DNA of 64,000 nucleotides from a virus (taxonomy: Duplodnaviria; Caudoviricetes): the IMG/VR virus record IMGVR_UViG_2885028616_000003, positions 1 to 64,000 of that record, one strand, 5' to 3'. Both the position numbers and the translations under genes were made by a program. This document shows, in pieces, positions 9,107 through 18,643 of this stretch (its first letter is position 1; each line of letters opens with the position of its first letter). Below the pieces are notes generated by a model that worked only from the letters and a program-made list of their open reading frames with translations, did no database searches and was not told the origin of the DNA.

Positions 9107-9810
9107 TTGCTGTCTCCGTTCTTTTGGGCGAGGGCGATGATGCGGCCTCGCACCTCGGGTTGCGCGGCCCAGTGACGGCCGCCGATCGGCGGCGCCGGGA
9201 CAAGGTCGCCGCACTCGACGACCAGCCCAGCGACGATCGCCTCGTCGAGGGTGGAGCGCCGGAAGGTGCGCAGCAGCTCGTAGGGGCCGTCGGCGCCGTT
9301 GCGGAGGGACGGGACGATCAGCGCGGCCCACGCCTGGGTGCACTTCACCCAGCAGGGGCGGCCGTAGGTGGAGCGGAGCTTGAGGGCCTTCACGAGGGCG
9401 CGGACGGCCGGGCGCAGCGGCTTCGCCTCGGCCGGGGCCGCGTCCGCCAGGGGGAACCCGTTCATGGTCCGGCCGTCCGGCAGGACGATCTCCCACGGGC
9501 CGGGGATGAACCCGTAGGCGCACCAGTCACAGCCGCGTTTCGCCTGCCCCTTGCCGTCGCCGGTGTTCGGGCCCTTGAGGGCGCCGAGGGTCCGGCCGAT
9601 GCACTCCTGACCGAGCACGTCGGAGGCGATCGTGTCGCTGCCGTCACGGTTCTTGCGGGGGTGCTCGGCGAGCGCGTCGCGGAAGTCGCGGCCGGTCGCG
9701 ACGTCACCGCACCTCGGGCATTGGAAGGCCCAGTCGAGGGGGTCGTCGCCGAACCGGTCACGGGCCTCGGCCACGAGCTCGGCCTGGGTCAGCTTGCGGT
9801 GCTCAGCCAC
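9103..9810 (-). CDS. VVA0879-like protein with C-terminal extension
   Basis: EARDRFGDDPLDWAFQCPRCG...QECIGR...GCDWCAYG. Confidence 0.75.
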   Translation of the reverse strand: MAEHRKLTQAELVAEARDRFGDDPLDWAFQCPRCGDVATGRDFRDALAEHPRKNRDGSDTIASDVLGQECIGRTLGALKGPNTGDGKGQAKRGCDWCAYGFIPGPWEIVLPDGRTMNGFPLADAAPAEAKPLRPAVRALVKALKLRSTYGRPCWVKCTQAWAALIVPSLRNGADGPYELLRTFRRSTLDEAIVAGLVVECGDLVPAPPIGGRHWAAQPEVRGRIIALAQKNGDSK

Positions 9811-10174
9811 GGTTCTCTCCGTCCTGCTCGTCCTCGCGGTACACGAAAGCCAGCGGGGAGAGGGTGCGTATGAGCTCGCTTGGCGAGCGCGACGGGCAGG
9901 CGTCGACCTGGCAGACCATGGTGATCTCGCCGTCGCTGTCCTCGACCGCGAACCAGACGTCGTTCTCGCAGTCGCGCCAGAGGTCCCCCGCACGGGGCGG
10001 CCACTCGGCGGGGGCGACGCGCGTCACCTTGGCCTGCGGGGGCATCGCGTAGTGCGCGGGCTCACCGTCCGGGTGGTCCGCGACGATCGAGACGAGGCCC
10101 TTGTGCTCGGCCGCGACGCGGACGCCCTTGATGGCGATGTCGACGAACTCGCCGCGCTTGAAGCCGTCAGCCAC
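9803..10174 (-). CDS. Phage hypothetical protein
   Basis: WPPRAGDLWRD motif; coupled. Confidence 0.7.
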   Translation of the reverse strand: MADGFKRGEFVDIAIKGVRVAAEHKGLVSIVADHPDGEPAHYAMPPQAKVTRVAPAEWPPRAGDLWRDCENDVWFAVEDSDGEITMVCQVDACPSRSPSELIRTLSPLAFVYREDEQDGENRG

Positions 10175-11054
10175 GGGACACCTCCTCAGCGCCGCTCGGG
10201 ATGTAGCCGTGGCCCTGGCAGTGCGAGCACGCCGCGACGCTCGCCTCGTCCAGGAGCGCCTGGTAGTGCGCGGTGAGTTCGTCCCAATGGGCGGCGGCCT
10301 CGGCCCGGTTGCCGCCGGCGATGCGGTCGGGGACGTCCAGGAGCAGTTCCCGTCGCGCGGTGACGGTGACGGTGCGGCCCTTCTTCGAGCGGGACACCGA
10401 CCCGTCGCGGTTCCGTGCTGGCCGGTACTCGGTGACGGGCTGGTCGAACGGCACCCGGAGGATGACGGTCACCCCGGCCCGGCTCTGGTAGTCGAGGAAC
10501 ACGAACTCCCGGAACCGGTGCTTCTCCGCGACGCGCTTGATGTGGTCGCGGAACCCGGGCAGGTAGCCGGGGAACAGGTGGTGGTACTCGGGCCGGTTCC
10601 GGAGTGCGTCCGGGAGCCGCGGCACCCAGGTGCGGCCGTCGTCGGGCGGCGGGGTGCCGTCCAGGCGGACCCACGGCCCTTCGATCGTGATGACCTCGTC
10701 GGGCTGCGGCTCGGTCACCGTCGTGTACAGCTCCCACAGGAAGTCGTCGGTGCGGCGGTTCTCCCACTCGGCGGGGGTGAGCGCGGCGGGGAACTTCTCG
10801 GACGCGGCCGAGAGGTCCCGGAGCCGGTACCCGATCGTCTTCGCCGGGACGGGCCGGCGGGCGGTGATCCGGGTGGCTTCGTGGTCGGTGGCCCACCATC
10901 CGGGCTGCTGGAGCGCGGTCATCGGCTGGCCATCGGCGTCCGGGACGATCGTCTCGTGCCCGTAGGTGGGGCGGAAGTCGTCGCCGAGGTAGTACATCCA
11001 CGCGCCGTCGTCGTGCAGGACGAACCGCTGGAGCGGGGTGAGGATCTCAGCCAT
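10167..11054 (-). CDS. Phage protein with C-terminal CxxCxGxG motif
   Basis: Coupled ORF, ACSHCQGHG. Confidence 0.7.
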   Translation of the reverse strand: MAEILTPLQRFVLHDDGAWMYYLGDDFRPTYGHETIVPDADGQPMTALQQPGWWATDHEATRITARRPVPAKTIGYRLRDLSAASEKFPAALTPAEWENRRTDDFLWELYTTVTEPQPDEVITIEGPWVRLDGTPPPDDGRTWVPRLPDALRNRPEYHHLFPGYLPGFRDHIKRVAEKHRFREFVFLDYQSRAGVTVILRVPFDQPVTEYRPARNRDGSVSRSKKGRTVTVTARRELLLDVPDRIAGGNRAEAAAHWDELTAHYQALLDEASVAACSHCQGHGYIPSGAEEVSRG

Positions 11055-11856
11055 GGTCGGTCTCCTCTTCCTGGTGTTCGGCGGCCGTGGTCGTCGACGT
11101 CCCGTCGAGGGCCGCCTTCAGGCGGTGCGCGACGTCGCCGATGAGCGCGGCGGAGGACAGCAGAGCGGTCGCCTGGGCGTCGTTGGTGGCCTCGTCGTGC
11201 CGGCGCTTCAGATCCTTTTCGCGGGCCCGAAGGTCAGCAGCCAGCGCTCGCGCCCGCTTCACCTGCTCGCGTGCGGCCTTCCGTTCGGCTGTGACTATCT
11301 CGACCTGCTCGCGCGCCTGGTCCCGCTCGGCCTCGGCCTGCTCGATCGCCTGAAGGGCACGGTTCGCCCGGTCATCGGCCGCGGCCCGCTCCCGGGCACC
11401 CTGCACGACGAGGTCCTGAGCTTCCTTGCGGGACCGCTTGACCGCCTCGATGCTGTCGCGGAGCTGCTCCCATGAGCGGGCGCCGGGCGTGGCGTACAGC
11501 GCATCGCCGATCATCTGCCGCGCCTCGTCCAGCTCGGTCTCGGCGTCTCTTCCGGCTTGCTGCGCGCGCTCCAGCTTCGTGCGTGTCTCGTCGAGGAGGT
11601 CGCGGCGCACGCCGGCCTGCGTCCGGGCCTCGTCCCGCTCGGCGCGGACCGTGGCCAGTTGCGCGCGCATGTTGGCGGTGCCCTCCCGCATCGCAGCCCA
11701 CGCCTCGTTCAGCCTGGCGCGGAGCTGCTCGACCTCGGCGCGGGCGTCCAGCAGGTGGCGGCGCATCTCGATCGCCTTGGGCTGAAGCAGCGCCGGGTGC
11801 ATGTCGAGCAGTTCACGGATGCGCTGCTCGTCCCCGGGTGTCATGGAGTCAGCCAC
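11047..11856 (-). CDS. Coiled-coil phage protein
   Basis: AERDEAR heptad-like repeats. Confidence 0.7.
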   Translation of the reverse strand: MADSMTPGDEQRIRELLDMHPALLQPKAIEMRRHLLDARAEVEQLRARLNEAWAAMREGTANMRAQLATVRAERDEARTQAGVRRDLLDETRTKLERAQQAGRDAETELDEARQMIGDALYATPGARSWEQLRDSIEAVKRSRKEAQDLVVQGARERAAADDRANRALQAIEQAEAERDQAREQVEIVTAERKAAREQVKRARALAADLRAREKDLKRRHDEATNDAQATALLSSAALIGDVAHRLKAALDGTSTTTAAEHQEEETDHG

Positions 11857-12286
11857 GGTCCGCCTCCGTCCCGTTGAGGGCGGCGTAGAGGTCGTAGGCG
11901 AACACGAAGCCCTTGCCGTCCTCGTTGCGCCAGACCCGGACCTGCGCGGCCCGCTCCACCTGCTGGCACGCGGCGTCCCGCTCGGCCTCGGCGTTGCGCT
12001 GCCTGGACAGCGCCCGGTCCCGCTCGTTGGCGCGGCGGACGATCAACTCCTGCATGCGGTTGTTCGCGTCGCGGTACTCGGCGAGTTCGGCGCGGAGCCG
12101 CACCATCTCGGCGTCGCGGAACTCGGCCATGAACCGGGCCGTCATAGTGGCGACCTCGCTGGCGTGGACGCTGATGATGTCGTCGTGGCCAGAGTCGAGC
12201 GTGATGTCGCGGAGCCCGGCGGCGATGCGTTCGGTCCACTGTTGCGGGGGCGCCGGCTTGGGGGCGGGGGTCTTCGACTCGCTCAC
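11849..12286 (-). CDS. Coiled-coil phage protein
   Basis: Coupled ORF. Confidence 0.65.
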   Translation of the reverse strand: MSESKTPAPKPAPPQQWTERIAAGLRDITLDSGHDDIISVHASEVATMTARFMAEFRDAEMVRLRAELAEYRDANNRMQELIVRRANERDRALSRQRNAEAERDAACQQVERAAQVRVWRNEDGKGFVFAYDLYAALNGTEADRG

Positions 12287-12648
12287 GACCGACCCCCAAG
12301 GATCAAGCGGGCGAAGGTCAGGGCGCAGCGGACCGATCCGGGCTCGTTGCAGAGATCGACGGGGGCGAACTCCTCACCGAAACGAGCAAGATCGGATGCG
12401 GCACGCGTCGCCGGGGCCAGATCCTCCGCCGCCTCCTCCAGCCACGCGGCGAGGGGCCCTCGCAGCGGTGCGGCCACGTCCTGACCGTCCTCGCGAGACC
12501 CGCACTCCAGGCAATCGGCGAGGGGCCGACCAGTGGCGTTGAGCTGCTCCACCTCGGCGTCAGTGAGCACCTGGACGGGGTAGCGGTGGGCACACAGCAG
12601 CACCTTCGCGGCGGCGCGCAACTCCTCGACCGGAGACATCTCACTCAT
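12283..12648 (-). CDS. Phage hypothetical protein
   Basis: ELRAAA...LAAWLE...ALTFARLILG motif. Confidence 0.65.
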   Translation of the reverse strand: MSEMSPVEELRAAAKVLLCAHRYPVQVLTDAEVEQLNATGRPLADCLECGSREDGQDVAAPLRGPLAAWLEEAAEDLAPATRAASDLARFGEEFAPVDLCNEPGSVRCALTFARLILGGRS

Positions 12649-12935
12649 CAGACCCTCCAGTTCTTGCCGACGCGGGTCCGCTCGTTGTCGCGGGCGCTGA
12701 TGAGCGCGCGGGCGAGCTTGGAGGCGTGCTCGACGTCCCCGCACTCCCACTCGTCGCCGCACGTGCAGAGCGCCACGGTCTCGTCGGTCTCGGGGATGAG
12801 CCGGTGCCCTGCGGTGATCCCGTCCAGCAGCGCGGCGAGGTGGTCGCGGATGTCGCCCGGCGGGATCGGGGACTCGGCGCCGACCAGGACGCGGACGCCC
12901 TCGTGAATGTCGGCGATGGCCGTGGGCGTGCTCAC
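12648..12935 (-). CDS. Phage hypothetical protein
   Basis: Coupled ORF with H..CTCG.WEC. Confidence 0.65.
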   Translation of the reverse strand: MSTPTAIADIHEGVRVLVGAESPIPPGDIRDHLAALLDGITAGHRLIPETDETVALCTCGDEWECGDVEHASKLARALISARDNERTRVGKNWRV

Positions 12936-13345
12936 TGGGCACCGCCCGCGGTCTCGCGCAACAGCGTCGCGGCGTCACGGTCCGGGTCGAGGCGCTTGGC
13001 TACCTCGGTGGCGAACCGGCGGTACTGCTCGCGCTGGTTCGCGGGCATCTCACCCAACGGGAACGTGGCCGCGTCGTAGCCGAGGGTGGCCTTACGGGCG
13101 TCCCAGAGGATCTCGGCGAGCCGCTCTTCCTCGGTGATGCTGTCGGGCCAGGTGACGGTGACGGTCGCCGCGCACGCTAGGTCGTGGACTTTGCGCATCA
13201 GGTCCTGCGTGGCGTCGAAGTCGAGGTCGAACGGCTCCCAGTCCTCCTCGAACATCTCGCCGACGCCCACGAAGTCGAGTTCGGAGGCGGCCTCGACGAC
13301 GTACTTGCGGGCCCAGTCTTTGAGCTGCTCGTCGGTGTACTTCAC
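12932..13345 (-). CDS. Phage hypothetical protein
   Basis: GTG start with RBS GGAG. Confidence 0.65.
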   Translation of the reverse strand: MKYTDEQLKDWARKYVVEAASELDFVGVGEMFEEDWEPFDLDFDATQDLMRKVHDLACAATVTVTWPDSITEEERLAEILWDARKATLGYDAATFPLGEMPANQREQYRRFATEVAKRLDPDRDAATLLRETAGGAQ

Positions 13346-13971
13346 TGCTGGTCTCCATTCGTCTCGTCGCCCGCCACGGCGGCCAGCTCCCGCGCGGGCG
13401 GTGCCGTGGCGGCGCCGACGTCGCGGACGAGGGTCAGCGGCGCGTACACCTGCCGCGCCTCCGACATGGGCACCCACGTGCCGCGGTTGGTGACGAACCC
13501 GGTGCCGTCCTTGCCAGCGACGCAGAACAGCAGGTCGTCGTCGCGGCCGGAGTAGAGCTGACCGGGCCGGAGCGCGCCGGGCAGCGCGGGCTGCGCGTCT
13601 TCGGTGGGTTCGGCGGCGGCGCGGAGCGCGGCGATCACCTGTTCGGCGGTGCGGCCCTCCTGGTCCTGCCAGCAGGCCAGGGCAGTCAGCGACCACCACG
13701 CGCTCTCATCGGTGCCGAACACGTGGCGGTGCAGGGTCATCACCGCCCGCGCGTGGATCCCGGTGGGGTCCTCCGCGGCGTGGGAGTGGATGTCGATCCC
13801 GGCGGCCTTGGCGATCGCGGCGGGCAGGTCCAGCGGGCAGTCGGCGGGCTCCATGCCGGGGGTGTGCTTGTAGCCGCCCTGCTGGGTCCAGCCCTGGGTG
13901 GTGAGGGTCTCGGCGGCCCTGGTGAGGATCGCGGGGACGGTCGAGGGGGTGGGGGTTTCGGTCGGGCTCAT
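13342..13971 (-). CDS. DUF6197-like protein
   Basis: ILTRAAE.L..GWTQ...W.D.EGRTAEQVIAALRAAA. Confidence 0.7.
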   Translation of the reverse strand: MSPTETPTPSTVPAILTRAAETLTTQGWTQQGGYKHTPGMEPADCPLDLPAAIAKAAGIDIHSHAAEDPTGIHARAVMTLHRHVFGTDESAWWSLTALACWQDQEGRTAEQVIAALRAAAEPTEDAQPALPGALRPGQLYSGRDDDLLFCVAGKDGTGFVTNRGTWVPMSEARQVYAPLTLVRDVGAATAPPARELAAVAGDETNGDQQ

Positions 13972-14069
13972 TTCGGGTTCTCCTCTGTCCGTAACGGAGG
14001 GTGCCACATGTGTCGCTGCCTGTGATGGCATTCGGGATAACTGGTTCAGGTCAGCCGAGTTCGGCCAGG

Positions 14070-15014
14070 TCAGGGGATGTGAGCGCGAGCCTCGCGCTTC
14101 CGGCTCTGGTTGATCGCGGCGAGCTGCTCGCGCAGCGCGAGGAGCGCCTCGGCGGTATCGGCGCCATCCTCAGCGGCGGTGTCGGCCGGGTCGGTGTCGT
14201 CCTGGACGGCGGCGAGGATCGGCGGCTGCACCGGCGGCGCCGGACGCTCCGGCTCAGGCTCCGCGGCCGGCCCCGGGACGGCGGCGAGCGGCGGCGCGGA
14301 AGCCTCCTGGACGGCGGCGACGATGTCCGCGAGGTCGCTCTTGATCTCGCCCGAGACGGGATCCCGCTGCATGCTCTGCAGGTACCGGACGGGGTAGCGG
14401 ACCGGTTCGGGTGCGCGGGACTCCGCGATCTCCCACACGGTGACGGCCTCGGTGTCAGTCAGTCCGTACTCGGCCCGCAGCCACCGTACGGCCTCGCGCA
14501 CCCGCGCCGACTGACTGATCCTTCTGTCTCCTCGTGGCTCCTTCTCTATAGGTGCACGATCTTCGTGCACCTCCTGCACGTTTTTCGTGCGCCTCTGTGC
14601 ACGATTTTCGTCACCCTCAGGTGCACGGTTTTCGTCGGCGGCCTCCTCGCCCGAACCGCTATCTGCACGGTTTTCGTGCACCTGGGACCGCCGGAGGTTG
14701 AGCGCCCACTTCTGGCGACGACCCCCGCGAGCTGCCCGCACCAGACAGATCGCGCCCCGCTTGGCGAGCTGATTCGTCGCATCCCGGACGGCCTTGAAAG
14801 CGGCCTGCCGCGCTAGGGCAGCCTCGGGGCTCTCGTCATCCTCGTCGGGCAACTCGCGGCCCAGCGCGGCGACCAGGTCCGCTCGCCCGCCCCAGAACAT
14901 CGGGGGGTCATCGGCGTCCAGCGAGACCAGCGCCATGTACACGAGCAGCCGGAACGCGGTGTTCGGCAGCGTCGACCACTGGTCGTAGACAGCTTTCACG
15001 TTCTGCGCTCCCAT
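14070..15014 (-). CDS. Replication initiator (N-terminal wHTH, lambda-O-like layout)
   Basis: AFRLLVYMAL N-terminal HTH, central low-complexity linker containing iterons, PVRY C-terminal domain. Confidence 0.7.
   Translation of the reverse strand: MGAQNVKAVYDQWSTLPNTAFRLLVYMALVSLDADDPPMFWGGRADLVAALGRELPDEDDESPEAALARQAAFKAVRDATNQLAKRGAICLVRAARGGRRQKWALNLRRSQVHENRADSGSGEEAADENRAPEGDENRAQRRTKNVQEVHEDRAPIEKEPRGDRRISQSARVREAVRWLRAEYGLTDTEAVTVWEIAESRAPEPVRYPVRYLQSMQRDPVSGEIKSDLADIVAAVQEASAPPLAAVPGPAAEPEPERPAPPVQPPILAAVQDDTDPADTAAEDGADTAEALLALREQLAAINQSRKREARAHIP
14552..14681. repeat. Five iterons, putative replication origin
   Basis: TGCACGNT(T/C)TTCGT at 14553, 14575, 14598, 14622, 14664. Confidence 0.75.
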
Positions 15015-15139
15015 CAGGTGCGCGGCCTCTCGGGCATGCGGGAACTCCCCAGATCCAGGCATGGGTGATCACACGACCGCCCTGGGGGAGGCGTCGTTCA
15101 ACGGTGAATGTGGAGCCGCTGGGGGGCAGCGGCGGGCGG

Positions 15140-15553
15140 CTAGTCGGCCTGCGTGTCTCCGGCCGCGCGCTCGCCCTCAGCGAGCATCTGATCGACGCGC
15201 TTGGTCGCTGCGTCGAGGCGCGGCTTGTGGATGGTCTCGGTGACCAGCTTCCGCTCAGCGGTGATGCAGGGGCCTTGCTTGACGCCGCACTCGTCACACG
15301 GGATCGCGTAGGCGGTGGCGCGGATCGTTTCCTGTCGCCTGTACCAGGCGTCGATGACCTGCTTCATCAGCTCGGGGTCGGGACGCTCGGGGAGCTTGGC
15401 TCCGGGCAGCCTCAGCCACCACGCGAACAGCTGTTCGATCACGCCGTTGCGGCTCGTCTGCATCTGGCTGGTGGGCTGCTCGGCCACGTCCCAGGCCAGG
15501 TCCTCAATGGCCACGGAGCGGTACCTGCGCCCTGAGCGAAGCTGACGGGCCAC
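15140..15553 (-). CDS. Putative Kor-like repressor with C-terminal Zn finger
   Basis: RHH-like RSVAIEDLAW...SRNGVIEQLFAW; CDEC..GPC...H; divergent from transfer operon. Confidence 0.6.
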   Translation of the reverse strand: MARQLRSGRRYRSVAIEDLAWDVAEQPTSQMQTSRNGVIEQLFAWWLRLPGAKLPERPDPELMKQVIDAWYRRQETIRATAYAIPCDECGVKQGPCITAERKLVTETIHKPRLDAATKRVDQMLAEGERAAGDTQAD

Positions 15554-15568
15554 GCGCGGAAGTCTTCC

Positions 15569-15672
15569 AGGTACATGGGCACCTTTCAACATTGGACTCC
15601 TCTCGCCGAAGCGCCTTGAGGTACAGGGGTACCTTTCGCTATCGTGACACACGATAGGTACATGGGTACCTT
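15569..15672. promoter_or_regulatory. Three operators AGGTAC-N4-G(T/C)ACCT plus a second palindrome
   Basis: Copies at 15569, 15619, 15656; CTATCGTG-ACA-CACGATAG at 15639-15657. Confidence 0.8.
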
Positions 15673-15703
15673 TGACGCAAGCCCGAAGGTCAGGAGATCG
15701 CAA

Positions 15704-15862
15704 ATGCTCCGAAGATCCCCGCTGGTCGCCCTGTTCATCGCCGCGAGCACGCTCACCTGCCCCGCCAGCGCGCTCATCCTCACCGCGATCGTCGTCGCGC
15801 CCATCGCCGGCGCCCAGCTCGCCCGAGCGCTCACCAACGCGCGGGAGACCGCCGATGCGTAA
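15704..15862 (+). CDS. Small membrane protein
   Basis: RBS AGGAG; hydrophobic. Confidence 0.6.
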   Translation: MLRRSPLVALFIAASTLTCPASALILTAIVVAPIAGAQLARALTNARETADA

Positions 15863-16031
15863 CCGGCCGACCACCTGCACCCGGTGCAGCGACCCGATCA
15901 GGCGCGGCGCCGACTACCTCACCGACGTCCGCCAGATCGAACGGGTCGGCCGCCTCGGGTTCATCAAGGTCCGCGCCACCGTCTCCGCCGCCGTCTACCA
16001 CCCCACCTGCGCCCCCAAGGGAGCCCACTGA
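15855..16031 (+). CDS. Small Zn-ribbon protein
   Basis: CTRC...YHPTC. Confidence 0.6.
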   Translation: MRNRPTTCTRCSDPIRRGADYLTDVRQIERVGRLGFIKVRATVSAAVYHPTCAPKGAH

Positions 16032-16756
16032 TGATCGTCGTACCCGCGCACCTGCGCCCCTGGGCCGTCCCCTGGCCCGCCTACTCCCCCGTCGACATCA
16101 CCCCGCCCGAACTCCACGCCGGCCCCGGGCTGGCGGTGTCCGTCGCCGAGGGGTGGGCCGAGCCCTGCACCGACCCGGCCGGACTGCCCGACCTCGCCGA
16201 CCGCCAGGCCGCCGCGCTCATCCCCTACGCCATCGACGTCGACGGGTGGCCCCTCAACCCGGCCGGACGCACCGGCAAGACCGGCCGCAACCTCGGCCGC
16301 TGGGGCGAGAACACCGCCGCCGACCCCATCGTGACCGCCGGCACCGGCCTCGAGCGCCGCGTGCTGCTGATCCGCCGCGGCGACTGCGGCCACTGGGCCA
16401 TCCCCGGCGGGATGGTCGAACCCGGCGAGACCGCCCCGGCCGCGCTGGTGCGGGAGCTGCGCGAGGAGACCGGCGTCGATCTGGCCGGCCTCGCCCCCGT
16501 CGTCCTGGCCCGCATGCTCGTCGCCGACCCCCGCGAGTCCGACCACGCGTGGGTCGCCACCACCGCCGCGCTCTACCAGCTCACCGAGCCGGTCACGGCG
16601 ACCGCGGGTGACGACGCCGACGACGCCGCGTGGCTGCCCTTCACCAGCCTCACCGCCCTGACCCGCGCCCTGGACGGGTTCGGCGCCCGGCTCTACGACG
16701 CGCACCGCCCGCTGCTGAGCAGGGCGCTCGCGCACATCGGAGGGCGCGATGCGTGA
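16031..16756 (+). CDS. Nudix hydrolase, NUDT9/ADP-ribose pyrophosphatase-like
   Basis: [24 protein letters not shown]; Nudix box [23 protein letters not shown]; DPR..D.AW; AGDDA; LY.AH. Confidence 0.9.
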   Translation: MIVVPAHLRPWAVPWPAYSPVDITPPELHAGPGLAVSVAEGWAEPCTDPAGLPDLADRQAAALIPYAIDVDGWPLNPAGRTGKTGRNLGRWGENTAADPIVTAGTGLERRVLLIRRGDCGHWAIPGGMVEPGETAPAALVRELREETGVDLAGLAPVVLARMLVADPRESDHAWVATTAALYQLTEPVTATAGDDADDAAWLPFTSLTALTRALDGFGARLYDAHRPLLSRALAHIGGRDA

Positions 16757-17180
16757 CCGCGTCCCTGCGGCCGGCTCCGCGCGCAGCATCCTCGGGAGCG
16801 TCCTGCTCTCCGCCGCGTTCCTCTACATCACCCGCGACCTCACCGTCCCCCTCGGCGTCCTGTACGCCGTCCTCCTGATCGCCGGGTGGGTGATCTGCCG
16901 CGCGCACCTCGCACGCGTCGACGCCGAACGCGACGCGGGCATCCAGCAGCGCCGCGCCGACGTCCTCACCGGCCCCCGCCTCTCCCTCACCGAGCTGCTC
17001 TACACCGGCTCCCGCGACCAGCTCGTCGGCCACCACGACCGCGAACAGGTCATCGAGCGGCTCGGCGAGCGGTACGCCGAGGGCTACCTCACCCCCCACG
17101 AGCACGAGCAGCGCACCACCGAAGCAACCCACGCCCGCACCCGCGCCGACCTCGCGCACACCCTGCGCGACCTCCCCTGA
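16749..17180 (+). CDS. Membrane protein with DUF1707 domain
   Basis: Two TM segments; DREQVIERL...YAEGYLT..E..R...A.ART.ADL..L.DLP. Confidence 0.8.
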   Translation: MRDRVPAAGSARSILGSVLLSAAFLYITRDLTVPLGVLYAVLLIAGWVICRAHLARVDAERDAGIQQRRADVLTGPRLSLTELLYTGSRDQLVGHHDREQVIERLGERYAEGYLTPHEHEQRTTEATHARTRADLAHTLRDLP

Positions 17181-17189
17181 AAGGACACC

Positions 17190-17930
17190 ATGGGCTACGC
17201 CCGCTACACCCTCCGGAGAGCCGGCCGCGAGATCGAAGCCGGGTACGACGTCCCCGACCGCTGTAACCGCCGCTGGTGCTGGGCTCGCATCGATCGCGGC
17301 CTCGACCACCTCTGCGGACGCACCCCCGGTGGCGATGAACACGGCTGCGGCGGCTACTTCTGCGACCGGCACCTGTTCAGCGCATCCCTGGACGTCGGTC
17401 ACCTCTGCCCTGCCTGCCGCGCCGCCCACTGGCGTGAGCAGCTCGGCAAGATCGCAGACGTCCTCGCCGAGTCCCTCGCCTACCGCGACGAGATCACCGA
17501 CGCCGACGTCCTGGCCGACCACCCCGCCGTCGTGACGATCACAGCGCGGGACGGGTTCGGCTGCTACGCGCGCCTCACCTACGACCTGGACGAGCCCCGC
17601 CGCCTCCGCCGCGGGTGCCGCGCCCTCCCCCGACTCCTCAGCAAGATCGCTGCACCCATCCGGCTCCGCCGCGCCGAACCCTGCGGGGCCTGCGCCGACC
17701 GCGGCTGGTTCTACACCGTCGGCACCGCCGAGAAGTTCCCGCCGCCCGACGGCTGCTCCGGTGTCGCCGTGTGCGGTTGCGGCGCCGCCGAACACCAGGG
17801 CCGAACCAGCCGCCGCCTCGTCCGGCGCGCGCACCGCCGCAACCGGTCCCACTCCCGCATGGGGGCCGGGCGGCGCCTCCTGCTCGCCGTCACGTTCGGC
17901 CGGGCCGGGCGCGGCGCACCGCCCTTCTAA
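17190..17930 (+). CDS. Cys-rich multi-domain protein
   Basis: MGYA...AGY...IDRGL..LCG...GCGGYFC..H plus second Cys cluster. Confidence 0.65.
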   Translation: MGYARYTLRRAGREIEAGYDVPDRCNRRWCWARIDRGLDHLCGRTPGGDEHGCGGYFCDRHLFSASLDVGHLCPACRAAHWREQLGKIADVLAESLAYRDEITDADVLADHPAVVTITARDGFGCYARLTYDLDEPRRLRRGCRALPRLLSKIAAPIRLRRAEPCGACADRGWFYTVGTAEKFPPPDGCSGVAVCGCGAAEHQGRTSRRLVRRAHRRNRSHSRMGAGRRLLLAVTFGRAGRGAPPF

Positions 17931-17965
17931 ACCGCCCACCCCACCGAACTCCCGGAAGGAACCAC

Positions 17966-18472
17966 GTGAACGACACCAGCCTCCGCGGCCTCGCGCTCTA
18001 CGCCGCCCTCCTCGCCACGTTCAGCGAGGCCCACCCCCTGTGCGACCACATCCTCCAGGACAACACCGCCGCGCAGAACAAGACCGGCCCCGGGACCCGC
18101 GGCCGCCTCGCCTGCGCCCACCACGTCGCCACCTACACCGCCGGGCAGACGATCGCGGCCGCCGCCGTCACCACGGCGCTCGGATACCGGCTCCCGGTCC
18201 GCGCCTGGCTCGCCGGCACCGCCATCAACGCCGCGACGCACTACGCGATCGACCGCCGCGCCGGGTTCATGCGCCTGCTGCGGTCCCCGTGGATCTGCAA
18301 GGGCGACTACCTCGACCACGCCACCGCGCAGCGCCGCCCCGGCACCGTCGACACCACCGGCCCCGGCACCGCCCTCTACGAGATGGACCAGGCCAGCCAC
18401 CGCGCCATCGGCATCGCCGCCGCGGCCCTCACCACCTGGCTCGCGCTCCGCGCCGACCGGAACGGCCGGTGA
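17966..18472 (+). CDS. DUF3307-like membrane protein
   Basis: H.LCDH.LQ...ACAHHVATY...THYAIDRR...DQA.H. Confidence 0.75.
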   Translation: MNDTSLRGLALYAALLATFSEAHPLCDHILQDNTAAQNKTGPGTRGRLACAHHVATYTAGQTIAAAAVTTALGYRLPVRAWLAGTAINAATHYAIDRRAGFMRLLRSPWICKGDYLDHATAQRRPGTVDTTGPGTALYEMDQASHRAIGIAAAALTTWLALRADRNGR

Positions 18473-18477
18473 CCGGC

Positions 18478-18603
18478 ATGGCCCGCGATGACCGCGACAC
18501 CGACGAGCAGCGCGAATCGGACCGGCAGCACACCAAGAACCAGCAGACCGACCAGGACCGCGACCGCCGCGCAGACAACGACGACCGGCGCGAACGCTCC
18601 TAA
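18478..18603 (+). CDS. Small highly charged peptide
   Basis: MARDDRDTDEQ... fills operon gap. Confidence 0.4.
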   Translation: MARDDRDTDEQRESDRQHTKNQQTDQDRDRRADNDDRRERS

Positions 18604-18643
18604 CCGCCCACCGAAGCAACAGCGCGAAGAAGGGCAACCCGCC

